Of a stretch of 64,000 bases of DNA, positions 19,824-29,426 are shown piece by piece. Under the pieces are notes generated by a model. That model did not search any database, was not told where the DNA came from, and saw only the letters and a program-made list of their open reading frames with translations. Both the position numbers and the translations under genes were made by a program. Position 1 is the stretch's first letter; each line of letters begins with the position of its first letter. The DNA lies in IMG/VR virus record IMGVR_UViG_3300022868_000009, positions 1 to 64,000 of that record; one strand, 5' to 3'.

Positions 19824-20340
19824 CCGTTTTTATCTTTGATTTAGGCATAGATATACTTAAGATACCATTTTCATGTTTTGCAGTAATTTTACTAATCTTA
19901 ACATCCTTATTGATTTTAAATGTTCTTGAAAAAGAACGAGGTTTCAATTCTGATCTTAACCAATCAATTGCACCAAATTTCTTTGATTGTTTAAATTTAC
20001 CATCTTTAACAAATAAATGTGATACATTAATAATATTACTACCTTGTGCATCTTTATCAATGTCAAGTTTTATTTCGTCTTTTGGTGTATATGGTGCAAT
20101 AACATCCATAACATAACCTGTTTCATCACTATAAAAATTAACTAAAGGATATTTAACAGAAATACAACCAGATGTCATTGGTGCGGTATAATCGGTGATT
20201 TCTTCTTTAACATGTTTATTACAACATTCTTTTTCTTTTTCTCTCTTTGATTCTTTCTCTAAATTGTCTTCTAGTTCATTAAACATATCATTGACCCAAT
20301 CAGATACTTTACCAAAGTTTATTTCAAATTCTTTTTTCAT
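19795..20340 (-). CDS. Second Hsp20-family protein
   Basis: VNFYSDETGYVMDVIAP, FSRTFKI, AKHENGILSISMPK. Confidence 0.8.
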   Translation of the reverse strand: MKKEFEINFGKVSDWVNDMFNELEDNLEKESKREKEKECCNKHVKEEITDYTAPMTSGCISVKYPLVNFYSDETGYVMDVIAPYTPKDEIKLDIDKDAQGSNIINVSHLFVKDGKFKQSKKFGAIDWLRSELKPRSFSRTFKINKDVKISKITAKHENGILSISMPKSKIKTDEKRKINIQ

Positions 20341-20393
20341 ATTTTTAAATTTTTAAGTTTAATATATAGTATTAGTAAAAAAATAAAAAGTTT

Positions 20394-20726
20394 ATGATAG
20401 TTTCATTTAATGAATTTCTTAATGAAAATTTTATTTCTGGAAGATTTCTCACCAATATTAATGGCAGAGAAATTGTACTTAAACTTCAAGTAGAATATAT
20501 AAATTTATTAACAAAAGTTTATCTTATAAAAGATAATAAAGTTTATGATAATTTATCTATTAATTTACCTGATTCACGTAAACTTAGAGAAGGTGAATTC
20601 TTTTTAAATCCTGATATTAATTCTAATATTGTAAAAGAATTAACAAAACAAAACTTTATAACAAAACAAAAAACAGAATCGATTGCAGGTGATAAAAAAA
20701 CAACAGCATACAAATTAAATATTTAA
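20394..20726 (+). CDS. Hypothetical protein with CTS-like N-terminus (MIVSFNEFLNE)
   Basis: 110-aa ORF; AATATATA at 20361-20368. Confidence 0.7.
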   Translation: MIVSFNEFLNENFISGRFLTNINGREIVLKLQVEYINLLTKVYLIKDNKVYDNLSINLPDSRKLREGEFFLNPDINSNIVKELTKQNFITKQKTESIAGDKKTTAYKLNI

Positions 20727-21253
20727 AGACATATAGTGAAAATCAATTAATTAATGACCATTTAAGTGATGATGGTAAAACATTAGATTTAACTGGTTTA
20801 AATCTAACTGAATTACCTGAATTACCTAAAGGGTTAAAAACATTATATTGTTATAATAACTATTTAACTGAATTACCTGAATTACCAAAAGGGTTAAAAG
20901 AATTATTTTGTAATAATAACCAATTAACTAAATTACCTGAATTGCCTAAAGGCTTATTAAAATTAGATTGTGAAGATAACAAATTAACTAAATTACCCGA
21001 ATTACCTAAAAATTTAGAAGAGTTATATTGTGAAAATAACCAATTACCTGAATTACCTGAATTACCTAAAGGATTAAAAAGTTTATATTGTAATCATAAC
21101 CAATTAACTAAATTACCTGAATTACCAAAAGGGTTAGAATATTTATTTTGTAATTATAATGAATTACCTTATGATGATTTAGATGGTTATTGGGAATGGT
21201 TTTGGAAAGAAAACCCAGACCTTCATAATGCAAATAAAATGGGATTATATTAA
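20714..21253 (+). CDS. LRR protein (about 8 x 20-aa LPELPKGL repeats) with IKYLKTYSE start and NANKMGLY end
   Basis: The frame of ORF 20942-21253 is open back to 20696; at 20714 ATT AAA TAT TTA AAG ACA TAT gives IKYLKTY, matching the paralog at 1-236; implies a non-ATG start (ATT/ATA) or a mutated ATG. Confidence 0.8.
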   Translation: MKYLKTYSENQLINDHLSDDGKTLDLTGLNLTELPELPKGLKTLYCYNNYLTELPELPKGLKELFCNNNQLTKLPELPKGLLKLDCEDNKLTKLPELPKNLEELYCENNQLPELPELPKGLKSLYCNHNQLTKLPELPKGLEYLFCNYNELPYDDLDGYWEWFWKENPDLHNANKMGLY

Positions 21254-22795
21254 ATGAAATATTTAAAAACATACAAATTATTTGAAAACCCTAACCATAT
21301 TTATAAAAATATTAAAGGAGAATGGATTGATTTATCATTCGAAGATGATGATGCAATTCCATTTTTTTATGATATTGAATTAAATACTATATTTTTAGGT
21401 CAATCAAAAATTGATGGTATATACTATATACACCCCGAATTAATACAAATTGTCAATAAACATAGATCACAAAAAGGGTACGCACCATTAAGCATTTATG
21501 ATACAAATCTATTATACTCTGGTAGAATTTGGAAAGGTAGAAAAGTAATATCTTTTTGGTCATATCCAGATAAAGAAATGTTTGACATTATAATAAATAA
21601 ATTAGAAGATAAATCTTCTGTAAGAATATGGGGTAATGATTGGTTAATTGAAGTAGTTATAGGTGATGATAATATATCAATTAAAAATTTACCTTACAAT
21701 TGGAAAGATAACAACGCAATGGAAAAAGGTATAATTAAAATGGTACCTGTTGATGAATATGATAAAAGTGAAAACTTTGATAGAGAAGATCATATTAAAT
21801 CACCATTAAATAAATCTAAAAAACCGACATACTATAAAACATCTAAACACAAACCAAAAAATATCACTAATATTGAATATAAAGGAATGATGAAAAATAT
21901 ATATCAAGAAAGTATATTATCATTTGGAGAATATATTAAAGAAACTCCTGATTATATTTATAATAGAAATACTGAGTGGGAAATGGAATGGTCTGATGAT
22001 GATGCAAGACCTTTTCAATATTTAACTAATGATCTTTTTTCCGGTGAAAAAAGTGGTGAATTTCATTTAGGTAATTATGGCGACAATCATCCAGATATGT
22101 TTCCTTCAGGTGGATTATATTCAGGTAGAATATGGGATGACCCATCAAAACAAATAATATCATTTTGGGATTATCCACCAAATAAAGAAGAATTCAAAAA
22201 AATTATAGATCAATTAGAAAGAAAAACTGGGCATAAGATTTGGAATAAAGATTGGAAAATAGAAGTTTTAGTCGATAAAAACATTAATAGATGGGATATT
22301 GAAGCCGGTGATGATATGACTTCAGATTTAGAATCAATAATAATACCTGTTGTAGATTATACTGGTAGTGAAGACACTCCTAAAGAATTATTAAATATGC
22401 ATTTAAAAGATAAATCTAAACTCAAAGTTCCAACTGGTTTTGGTTCTAAACATAAACATAAATATCAAACAAATCTTGAACCGATTCGTTATAAAAATAT
22501 GATGAAAAATGTATTTACTGAAAATGTAGACACAAAACCAAAAAGAAAGAAGAAAAAAGTAATATACGAAGCAATTATCAATGATATTAAAGGAAATATT
22601 ATATCATATATAACTAATTTTAAAATGACTAAATTAGAAGAAAAGTGGATGACTTGTAATGTAAAAGGATACAAGAAAAAGAAAGTTGAAGGATACAAAA
22701 CTAAAGTTTGGGTTTATTTTGAAGATAAACTTAAATTAAATACAAAATGTTTTAAAAATGGTAAAATAGAATTACTAGTAATAGATGATAAATAA
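21254..22795 (+). CDS. Hypothetical protein with an internal tandem duplication and MKYLKTY N-terminus
   Basis: Two copies of YSGRIW...ISFW.YP..E.F..II..LE......IW..DW.IEV. Confidence 0.8.
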   Translation: MKYLKTYKLFENPNHIYKNIKGEWIDLSFEDDDAIPFFYDIELNTIFLGQSKIDGIYYIHPELIQIVNKHRSQKGYAPLSIYDTNLLYSGRIWKGRKVISFWSYPDKEMFDIIINKLEDKSSVRIWGNDWLIEVVIGDDNISIKNLPYNWKDNNAMEKGIIKMVPVDEYDKSENFDREDHIKSPLNKSKKPTYYKTSKHKPKNITNIEYKGMMKNIYQESILSFGEYIKETPDYIYNRNTEWEMEWSDDDARPFQYLTNDLFSGEKSGEFHLGNYGDNHPDMFPSGGLYSGRIWDDPSKQIISFWDYPPNKEEFKKIIDQLERKTGHKIWNKDWKIEVLVDKNINRWDIEAGDDMTSDLESIIIPVVDYTGSEDTPKELLNMHLKDKSKLKVPTGFGSKHKHKYQTNLEPIRYKNMMKNVFTENVDTKPKRKKKKVIYEAIINDIKGNIISYITNFKMTKLEEKWMTCNVKGYKKKKVEGYKTKVWVYFEDKLKLNTKCFKNGKIELLVIDDK

Positions 22796-23156
22796 ATACG
22801 AAAAATTCATATATGAACGTTTAGGACAGAATGAAGGTGATATTAATATCGTTGGTATTCATGTTAATGATAAAAATCTAGATGTAATACTTGAAGAAAT
22901 ATCAAATTATTTTAACTTGAAAAGCTTTTTAAATGCTGATTTTGTAAGAAAAAGTGCATCTAGAGAATTGTTTTATGTTAATATATATCCAGTCAATAGT
23001 AATTATAATTACTTTTGGAATAGTATAAATGAATATGATAATATCTTTAATGATTTGGATGAACCTAATACATATAAACTAGAAGATTGGTTTGAAAAAT
23101 ACTTAAATGTTACATTAGAAGAATTTGTAGAAGCTAAAAAATTAGGACTATTATAA
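22785..23156 (+). CDS. Hypothetical protein, CTS-like start / EAKKLGLL end
   Basis: 123-aa ORF. Confidence 0.75.
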   Translation: MINKYEKFIYERLGQNEGDINIVGIHVNDKNLDVILEEISNYFNLKSFLNADFVRKSASRELFYVNIYPVNSNYNYFWNSINEYDNIFNDLDEPNTYKLEDWFEKYLNVTLEEFVEAKKLGLL

Positions 23157-24824
23157 TTATTTAGTATTTAACAAATAAACATTTTCTCCATCATTACACA
23201 CAATGCCTGCATTAGTTACAAATATTTGGCTGTCTTCACTTACTAAATCACATTTGAAATTTGAAATTTCACTAAAATCATCAGGTCTTAATATTAAAAT
23301 TGCATCATCTTCTGGTTTAACTACATAACTTCCTTCTTTATATCCAATATGACTCATATTATTAATTTTATCAGCGTCATATAACATATTCATACCTTTT
23401 ATTTTAAACATATTATATTTAATTTTTTCATCATCTAAATATTGTACAACTCCAATATCACCAATTTGATAAATATCTTTCACTATTTGTGGCATTTTAA
23501 TATGATTTAAAGTATCATTATTATTATAATAGATATAAGAAAAACCACCAATATTTTGAATTAAACCTTCATATTTTCTAAAACTTCTACCATAAACATT
23601 TCTGTTCTCAACTTTAACATTAACTCCATCTTTATTACTTATAACATTATCTAAATATATTCTATACATTAATTCTTTTTCAACTACCACTAAAATATTA
23701 TTATATCTATGAATTGATAATGGTTTATTAAAAGATACATTAAGTACTTTTTTCATTGTAAAATCTTTATTTACATAGAAAAGTTCATTGTTTTTAGAAA
23801 CATAAAAATGCTTATCTGTTGGATAAGTTTCATAAGATGAATCTAATTCACCTAAAGTTTTATGATATCCTTTAGTTGCAACATCAAATATAACAGTTTT
23901 ATCTTTTAAATGTATACACAACTTATTATTACTAGTATTTATATACTTTACAATTCCATTTTCAATTAATTCACTCACAGCTAGTTGATTTGTTTTTTGA
24001 ATTGTTTTAACCTTCTTCTTGATAATTGTCTTTGCGGATGGCTTTAAATCTATGATAAATCTTTCGCCTTCACGAAAAATTCTTTCAAATTGTGATTGTA
24101 AACCTGGATTTTGTATTGGTTCATAACATTTTGGAATTTTCAAATTATTATCATTTAAAAATACAGGTATTTTATAAATCATTCTATCAGCCATTGAAGG
24201 ATAATTTTTATGTATACCTTTAAATGGATGTAAATTAGTTAACATATTAAAAATTAATACAGCTAAAGAAAAATAATCACTTTCTTTATTTATTCTACCA
24301 TGATATAAATAATCTCTAATATCATCTAATAATCTACCAGAATGTGGGTTTCCTGGTGTTTGATATGAATCTACATCAATAAAAGACATAGAACCTTTAT
24401 CATTTATTAATATATTAAATGGATTTAAGTCACCAATTATAATATCTTGTTTATGTATATACTGTACTGCTTCAATTAATTTTTGTGCGATTTTAAATTT
24501 CAAATTATCATCAATATTATTACGCTTACAAAAATTAGAATTATATACAGAAAATAAAGGGAAATGATCATCTGAAACCATACTCATAACATATCCTACA
24601 ATTTTCTTTTTATCATATAATATATTTTCTGGTTTTACGAATAAATTAGATTTGATATCTGATAAACTTCTAAATTTACTTTCTGACATAGGTTCTATAC
24701 CAGGTAAATATAATTTTGCAACTTTATTTCCACTCAATTCGATAATTCTGCCTTCACCACCTCTGGTTATTTCTTTATTATCATCAACATTAAATACATT
24801 TCCTCTGCTATCATATAATTTCAT
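23157..24824 (-). CDS. Ser/Thr protein kinase (YegI/TerY-P-associated type)
   Basis: TRGGEGRI Gly-loop, VAKLY, IGDLNPFNILI catalytic loop, IDVDSY, SDYFSLAVLIF. Confidence 0.85.
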   Translation of the reverse strand: MKLYDSRGNVFNVDDNKEITRGGEGRIIELSGNKVAKLYLPGIEPMSESKFRSLSDIKSNLFVKPENILYDKKKIVGYVMSMVSDDHFPLFSVYNSNFCKRNNIDDNLKFKIAQKLIEAVQYIHKQDIIIGDLNPFNILINDKGSMSFIDVDSYQTPGNPHSGRLLDDIRDYLYHGRINKESDYFSLAVLIFNMLTNLHPFKGIHKNYPSMADRMIYKIPVFLNDNNLKIPKCYEPIQNPGLQSQFERIFREGERFIIDLKPSAKTIIKKKVKTIQKTNQLAVSELIENGIVKYINTSNNKLCIHLKDKTVIFDVATKGYHKTLGELDSSYETYPTDKHFYVSKNNELFYVNKDFTMKKVLNVSFNKPLSIHRYNNILVVVEKELMYRIYLDNVISNKDGVNVKVENRNVYGRSFRKYEGLIQNIGGFSYIYYNNNDTLNHIKMPQIVKDIYQIGDIGVVQYLDDEKIKYNMFKIKGMNMLYDADKINNMSHIGYKEGSYVVKPEDDAILILRPDDFSEISNFKCDLVSEDSQIFVTNAGIVCNDGENVYLLNTK

Positions 24825-24835
24825 ATCAGTAATAT

Positions 24836-25576
24836 TTAAGTTTTGTCAATTATTATTGCCTTTGGTTCTATATTATCTTCAATAAAAATTAATCTTACAA
24901 TAGATAAATCATCATAATGATAATATCCTTTTTTATCAAGTATGTTACAAAGTCTTGGTAACATAGCTTTACTCTTTAATATTTTTTGTTCTCTCAATAA
25001 AGAGTTCATTGGTTCTTCTAATGATATTAATCCTTCATTTTTAAATGTAAATATACCATCACTCATCACTGAAATATCTTCAACATTTTCATGGTTCATT
25101 ATATAAAAAGTATTCCAAACTTTTTCAAATGTTTCATTTAAATGATAGGCTATATAATCAGGTTGGTTATTTTGATCAACTTCATATAATTCATCATTTA
25201 CCATATAAGCACCATCACCTGATATTACTACGAATGACATTCTAGTTGAAAAATCGGTAATTGAAAAAACAATTGTAGATAGAATTTCATCCAAATTTAG
25301 AGTTAAAATATTCTTAATTGCGATTAGAGAGATAAAAAATTTATTTAAGACAATCTTACATATCTCCTCTGGCGACCCCTTAAAAACTAAAGATTCTTCT
25401 ATGACTTTCCTTAATATTTTCTTAAATAAACTTGAAGCAAAATGAGAATCTACTCCTCCAGAACAACCATCAAAAATAGCCATAAATACATAATCATCTA
25501 AAACCATTCGAAAAGTAGAGTCTTCACACTGTTTGTGATCAGACCCTATTCTCAATATTTCTCTTATATAATACAT
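24836..25576 (-). CDS. PP2C-family protein phosphatase (YegK-like)
   Basis: QCEDS, AIFDGCSGG, SGDG, VMSDGI, YDDLSIV motifs; ATG at 25576 preferred to GTG at 25696. Confidence 0.85.
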   Translation of the reverse strand: MYYIREILRIGSDHKQCEDSTFRMVLDDYVFMAIFDGCSGGVDSHFASSLFKKILRKVIEESLVFKGSPEEICKIVLNKFFISLIAIKNILTLNLDEILSTIVFSITDFSTRMSFVVISGDGAYMVNDELYEVDQNNQPDYIAYHLNETFEKVWNTFYIMNHENVEDISVMSDGIFTFKNEGLISLEEPMNSLLREQKILKSKAMLPRLCNILDKKGYYHYDDLSIVRLIFIEDNIEPKAIIIDKT

Positions 25577-25577
25577 T

Positions 25578-25863
25578 TTAATTATTAAATTTTGGTTTAT
25601 ATTTGACAGGTTCAATCTTATATGTGTATTCTTTTTTACCACATATTTTACATTTTCTACTCCATCTATCTTTTTGTTTATCAATATAGTAACCATCGGG
25701 ATGGGGGGTCACTACCATGTCCCTCATAGTGAGTGAACACCCATTTCTGGTAAGTTTCTGAATCATATTTAGTATCTTCGAACTTGTGACTACAATTACT
25801 AATCAATCGTTCTTGTGTTTCAATTTGTTTCTTTAACTCTTTTATTTTGTCTATTGATTTCAT
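25578..25863 (-). pseudogene. Small Zn-ribbon-like gene split by a frameshift in a C6 run
   Basis: ORFs 25681-25863 and 25578-25766 join into one roughly 94-aa protein (CSH...RKCKICGK) if one C is removed from GAC CCC CCA T (G6 at 25703-25708 on +). Confidence 0.55.
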
Positions 25864-25864
25864 A

Positions 25865-26077
25865 TTAATTAATTATTTCATTTTCATCGTTAGGTGTTTC
25901 TAAATATGCGTCTAATACTTTAAAATTAAGCAAACTACTATGAATTTTATTAAACTCTTTCTTTGCATCATCAATGTTTAATGCCCAGAGGTATTTATGA
26001 TTATTTAAAGGTTCCTCTGGTTGATGTGGAGAATATGATTCATACTCAACTTTAAAAACTTTTTGTGTTCTTTTCAT
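25865..26077 (-). CDS. Hypothetical protein
   Basis: 70-aa ORF tightly packed in the operon. Confidence 0.6.
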   Translation of the reverse strand: MKRTQKVFKVEYESYSPHQPEEPLNNHKYLWALNIDDAKKEFNKIHSSLLNFKVLDAYLETPNDENEIIN

Positions 26078-26078
26078 A

Positions 26079-26783
26079 TTAAAAACTTACATTTGTAATA
26101 GCTTTACCACTTGATGTTGTAGAAATTGAAGATGAAATAAAATCAATCATTTTTCTGATTTCTTTTGATGATAGTCCAACATAAGCTAAATGTTGTACTC
26201 CCATGTCTTCTTTTGCTTCTTCATAGTACTGTTTGTTAGTGTCTCCAATACCAAACATAATTGATGTGAAACTAAAGGTATTTTTTTCATTATTTGTGAA
26301 ATCTTGGATTTTCTTTTTAACATCATCACTAGCTCCATATCTTGATGAATTATCCATTCCATCTGTTAAAATGAAAACTAATGTTTTTGTATTAATACCA
26401 CTATCTTCAAGATTTTTTCTATAATCTAAGGCATTATCTAAGGCTTTGTCTACTGCATCATAAAGTGCAGTTCCACCACCTTTAGGAGTGAAATCCATTT
26501 GAGGTACGTTAACAACTGGTTGAAAACCTGTTTTAACTTCTACTCTCTCACAGAATTCTATAGTAGATACAAACAATCTATCTGCAATATGAGATTTTTG
26601 CATTTCTTGTGTGAACTCATTGAATGCAACATTCAATTCATTATTATACCTACTAATTGAGGGTGATACATCAACAACAAACACCGCGTTTATTGTTTCT
26701 TCGACTTGGATTTCTTCAGGGTCAAAATTATTGAATGATACTCCAAAGTCCATTCCGTTTCCTATTGTGCTAATATTTTTCAT
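26079..26783 (-). CDS. vWA domain protein (TerY/YegL-like)
   Basis: MIDAS DVSPS, GGGTALYDAV, VFILTDGMDNSS. Confidence 0.85.
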   Translation of the reverse strand: MKNISTIGNGMDFGVSFNNFDPEEIQVEETINAVFVVDVSPSISRYNNELNVAFNEFTQEMQKSHIADRLFVSTIEFCERVEVKTGFQPVVNVPQMDFTPKGGGTALYDAVDKALDNALDYRKNLEDSGINTKTLVFILTDGMDNSSRYGASDDVKKKIQDFTNNEKNTFSFTSIMFGIGDTNKQYYEEAKEDMGVQHLAYVGLSSKEIRKMIDFISSSISTTSSGKAITNVSF

Positions 26784-26794
26784 AACTTTATTTT

Positions 26795-27586
26795 TTATTT
26801 TTTATTAATGATTTTTATTGTGGAGACTCCAAATCTCATACCGAGTTTTTTAGCGTCTTCAAAAATATTAATTGAATTATCTTCAAATCCTGGTACATCT
26901 GATGTTGTATCTTCCAATAAAATAACTTTCTTCAAAAGATCGGGTGAAATTTCTATCATTTGATTTATTGTACTACATAAACAATGTGATTTTGCTTCAC
27001 CAGAAATATATATATTATCATATTTTTCAAGTGTCTCGATTAAACTTTGGTTAATTTGTGTTTCTGGTCTATTCATTACTGGAATATTTGCTCTAAAAGC
27101 TCCAAAATGTTCAGTCATTGGATAAGTACCTTTAGTAAATACTCCATAAAAGTTACCTTCTTTTGTCCAATCTATTACAGCATCCATAACTGAATTAATA
27201 ATAGCGGCTCCTGATGTACCAATAACACAATGTTCTGGCCATATACAATGTGGAAATTCACCTTGAGATTCTAATTCATGAATGTACTTGATTGCTTCAT
27301 TTGGATAAAATCTTGGTGTCCAAACTCCATCATCTACATCTTTCGATGTAATTAATGTAAAAGGATTAGGGAAGTTACCATCTTTGTCTTGCCAAAATGA
27401 TGGATGACTAATATCAATTGGATGATGACTGTCTTGTGTCATACCAATATAGTCAATTTTTTCTTTATTAGCTTTGATAAACTCAGCTAATCTTTCTGTG
27501 TCTTTGTCTGCACCTGGCACAGATAACGATCCTGTTGGCAAACAGAAATCGTTTTGAGCGTCGATAATTAATAATGCGTTTTTCAT
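26795..27586 (-). CDS. pncA: Nicotinamidase / isochorismatase-family cysteine hydrolase
   Basis: ALLIIDAQNDFC, TQDSHH, WPEHCVIGTSGA, KG, GEAKSHC. Confidence 0.85.
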   Translation of the reverse strand: MKNALLIIDAQNDFCLPTGSLSVPGADKDTERLAEFIKANKEKIDYIGMTQDSHHPIDISHPSFWQDKDGNFPNPFTLITSKDVDDGVWTPRFYPNEAIKYIHELESQGEFPHCIWPEHCVIGTSGAAIINSVMDAVIDWTKEGNFYGVFTKGTYPMTEHFGAFRANIPVMNRPETQINQSLIETLEKYDNIYISGEAKSHCLCSTINQMIEISPDLLKKVILLEDTTSDVPGFEDNSINIFEDAKKLGMRFGVSTIKIINKK

Positions 27587-27730
27587 AATTTTAAAATTTA
27601 TTTTTTTTTGTAATTAATCTTTATTTTATATATTTATAAAAATGTATAAAAGGTACAATTAACAATATGTTGTAAAACATAATTAAAATTTTCATAATTT
27701 TAAAAATAAAATGAAACCACTATAAATAAA

Positions 27731-27760
27731 GAAAACCAATCAAAATTTGATTGGTTTTTT
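27731..27760. terminator. Intrinsic terminator after dam
   Basis: aaaaccaatcaaa-a-tttgattggtttttt. Confidence 0.65.
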
Positions 27761-27787
27761 AATTTTATGTTTTTTAACATATTAAAA

Positions 27788-28702
27788 TTAAAAGTTCATT
27801 ATTAAAACCTCATGTCCACCTTTATCCTTATCTTTCTTTTGGATAGATGTAGAAGCTTTATTAAAAGTTCTTTCTTCCCATCTATATTCATATTTAGGGA
27901 AAAACTTTTGCAAAGGTTCAAAATCATAATAAGATAATATGAATTTACCTTTAATCTTATGTAAGATTTTTGCTAATCGAGCATGACCTGCTTCACCAAA
28001 ATGTTCTAATCCTCTATAATAGTTCTTTTCAGTTGAAAAATATGGGGGATCGAGATAAAATAATGATTCTTCATCATCGTATTTTTCTATAAGATCTTGG
28101 AAATCTAAACATTCAAACTTATTTATTTTATCAAGTTTTTCTAAATTTTCTTCTTTTTGTAATTTACGAAGTAATATTTGCATTTTAGGTTCTGGACATG
28201 GTTTTTCTGGTTTGTAAGAACTAGCTGAATAAGAAAATCCAATTTTTTCATGAGATATACTTGAAAATGCATGTCTTAAAAGAAAAGCATATTTAAATCC
28301 TAATTCAAAATCTGGCATCTGAATTATTATTTCTTTACCAACATTATCAGTGTAAAGTTCTTTTTTAAATGATTGAAATATAGATTTGAATCTATTATAT
28401 TGTTCTTCATAGACATAACTCTCATCATTTTTAATAAAATGTATTAAACCATTAGGTTCATTCATTTCTAATAAATATTCTCTAAATTCTGGAATGGAAC
28501 AACAATGATAGAAATTTGTTAAAAAAGGATTTAAATCATTGTAGATTATTTTATCACAGAAAGAAAAATCGTTTTTGAAGTAAGGCCACATAGCACCTGC
28601 AAAAACTTCAACGTAAGTTTTTGTTTTATCTTTTAATTCTTTGGTAATTTGATCAAATAACCAAAAACTTTGTCTCGATTTTCCCCCGTAGAAGCTTATC
28701 AC
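27788..28702 (-). CDS. dam: DNA adenine methyltransferase (Dam/D12 class)
   Basis: YGGKS, YVEVFAGA, IIYNDLN, FYLDPPY, KFILSY, EVLIMNF. Confidence 0.9.
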   Translation of the reverse strand: MISFYGGKSRQSFWLFDQITKELKDKTKTYVEVFAGAMWPYFKNDFSFCDKIIYNDLNPFLTNFYHCCSIPEFREYLLEMNEPNGLIHFIKNDESYVYEEQYNRFKSIFQSFKKELYTDNVGKEIIIQMPDFELGFKYAFLLRHAFSSISHEKIGFSYSASSYKPEKPCPEPKMQILLRKLQKEENLEKLDKINKFECLDFQDLIEKYDDEESLFYLDPPYFSTEKNYYRGLEHFGEAGHARLAKILHKIKGKFILSYYDFEPLQKFFPKYEYRWEERTFNKASTSIQKKDKDKGGHEVLIMNF

Positions 28703-28711
28703 GTTGTAGTA

Positions 28712-29359
28712 TTATTTTTTCACTTTTTTAAAGTAATAAGATTTCAAACCATTTGTAAATGAGGAAACATCTTCTATTTCTTCATATTCTGGTAATGAAT
28801 CTTTAATTATGTTTCTGTAAAATTTTATTTTTGTTGGATGTTCTGTTTCACCAATTAATAATACAATTTTATTATAATTTAAACTAATGAAACCAATAGA
28901 TTTTTCTATTACATAAATCAATCTTTTAGTTAATTCTATAATTTCATTTTTATCAGTTTCAGTTTCATATTTTTTATGATTAATTAAATCTCTATTTTCT
29001 TTTGTAGTAAAAGACAAATTAAACACATTATCATTTTTAAATTGGTTTTCTTCTTTTACATATATAAAATCAATGATATATTCTTGTCCAGAATCAGTTT
29101 TAAATGGACTATAATAATTTATTTCATTTGTATAATATTTCGATTTTTCTTGTTTAATAGAAAATATTGTTTCTTTAGGTCTTGCAAAAATCTCATTTAA
29201 TATGAATTCATTAAATTTACCAACATATTTCTTTTTTGGATTCATTCTTAATTTTTCATACCCGATAATTTCGATAATTTCTGTACTTGATCGACCTTCT
29301 TTAATCAAAGATCTTAAATAGTCATTGTCTTTTTTAGTCCAATTTTCCGTAAATTCCAT
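28712..29359 (-). CDS. Hypothetical protein
   Basis: 215-aa ORF; internal KFNEFILNE CTS-like segment. Confidence 0.7.
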   Translation of the reverse strand: MEFTENWTKKDNDYLRSLIKEGRSSTEIIEIIGYEKLRMNPKKKYVGKFNEFILNEIFARPKETIFSIKQEKSKYYTNEINYYSPFKTDSGQEYIIDFIYVKEENQFKNDNVFNLSFTTKENRDLINHKKYETETDKNEIIELTKRLIYVIEKSIGFISLNYNKIVLLIGETEHPTKIKFYRNIIKDSLPEYEEIEDVSSFTNGLKSYYFKKVKK

Positions 29360-29426
29360 AATTTAATTATTTTTATATAGTACAAAATTAAAAAATTGTT
29401 GATTTTTTATTGGCAAGAAAAAAGAG

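Noticed and set aside
20810-21160. Possible CRISPR-like or DGR repeat (aattacctgaattacctaaagg)
   Set aside because: 60-bp in-frame LRR coding repeats; no reverse transcriptase or TR/VR pair in the window
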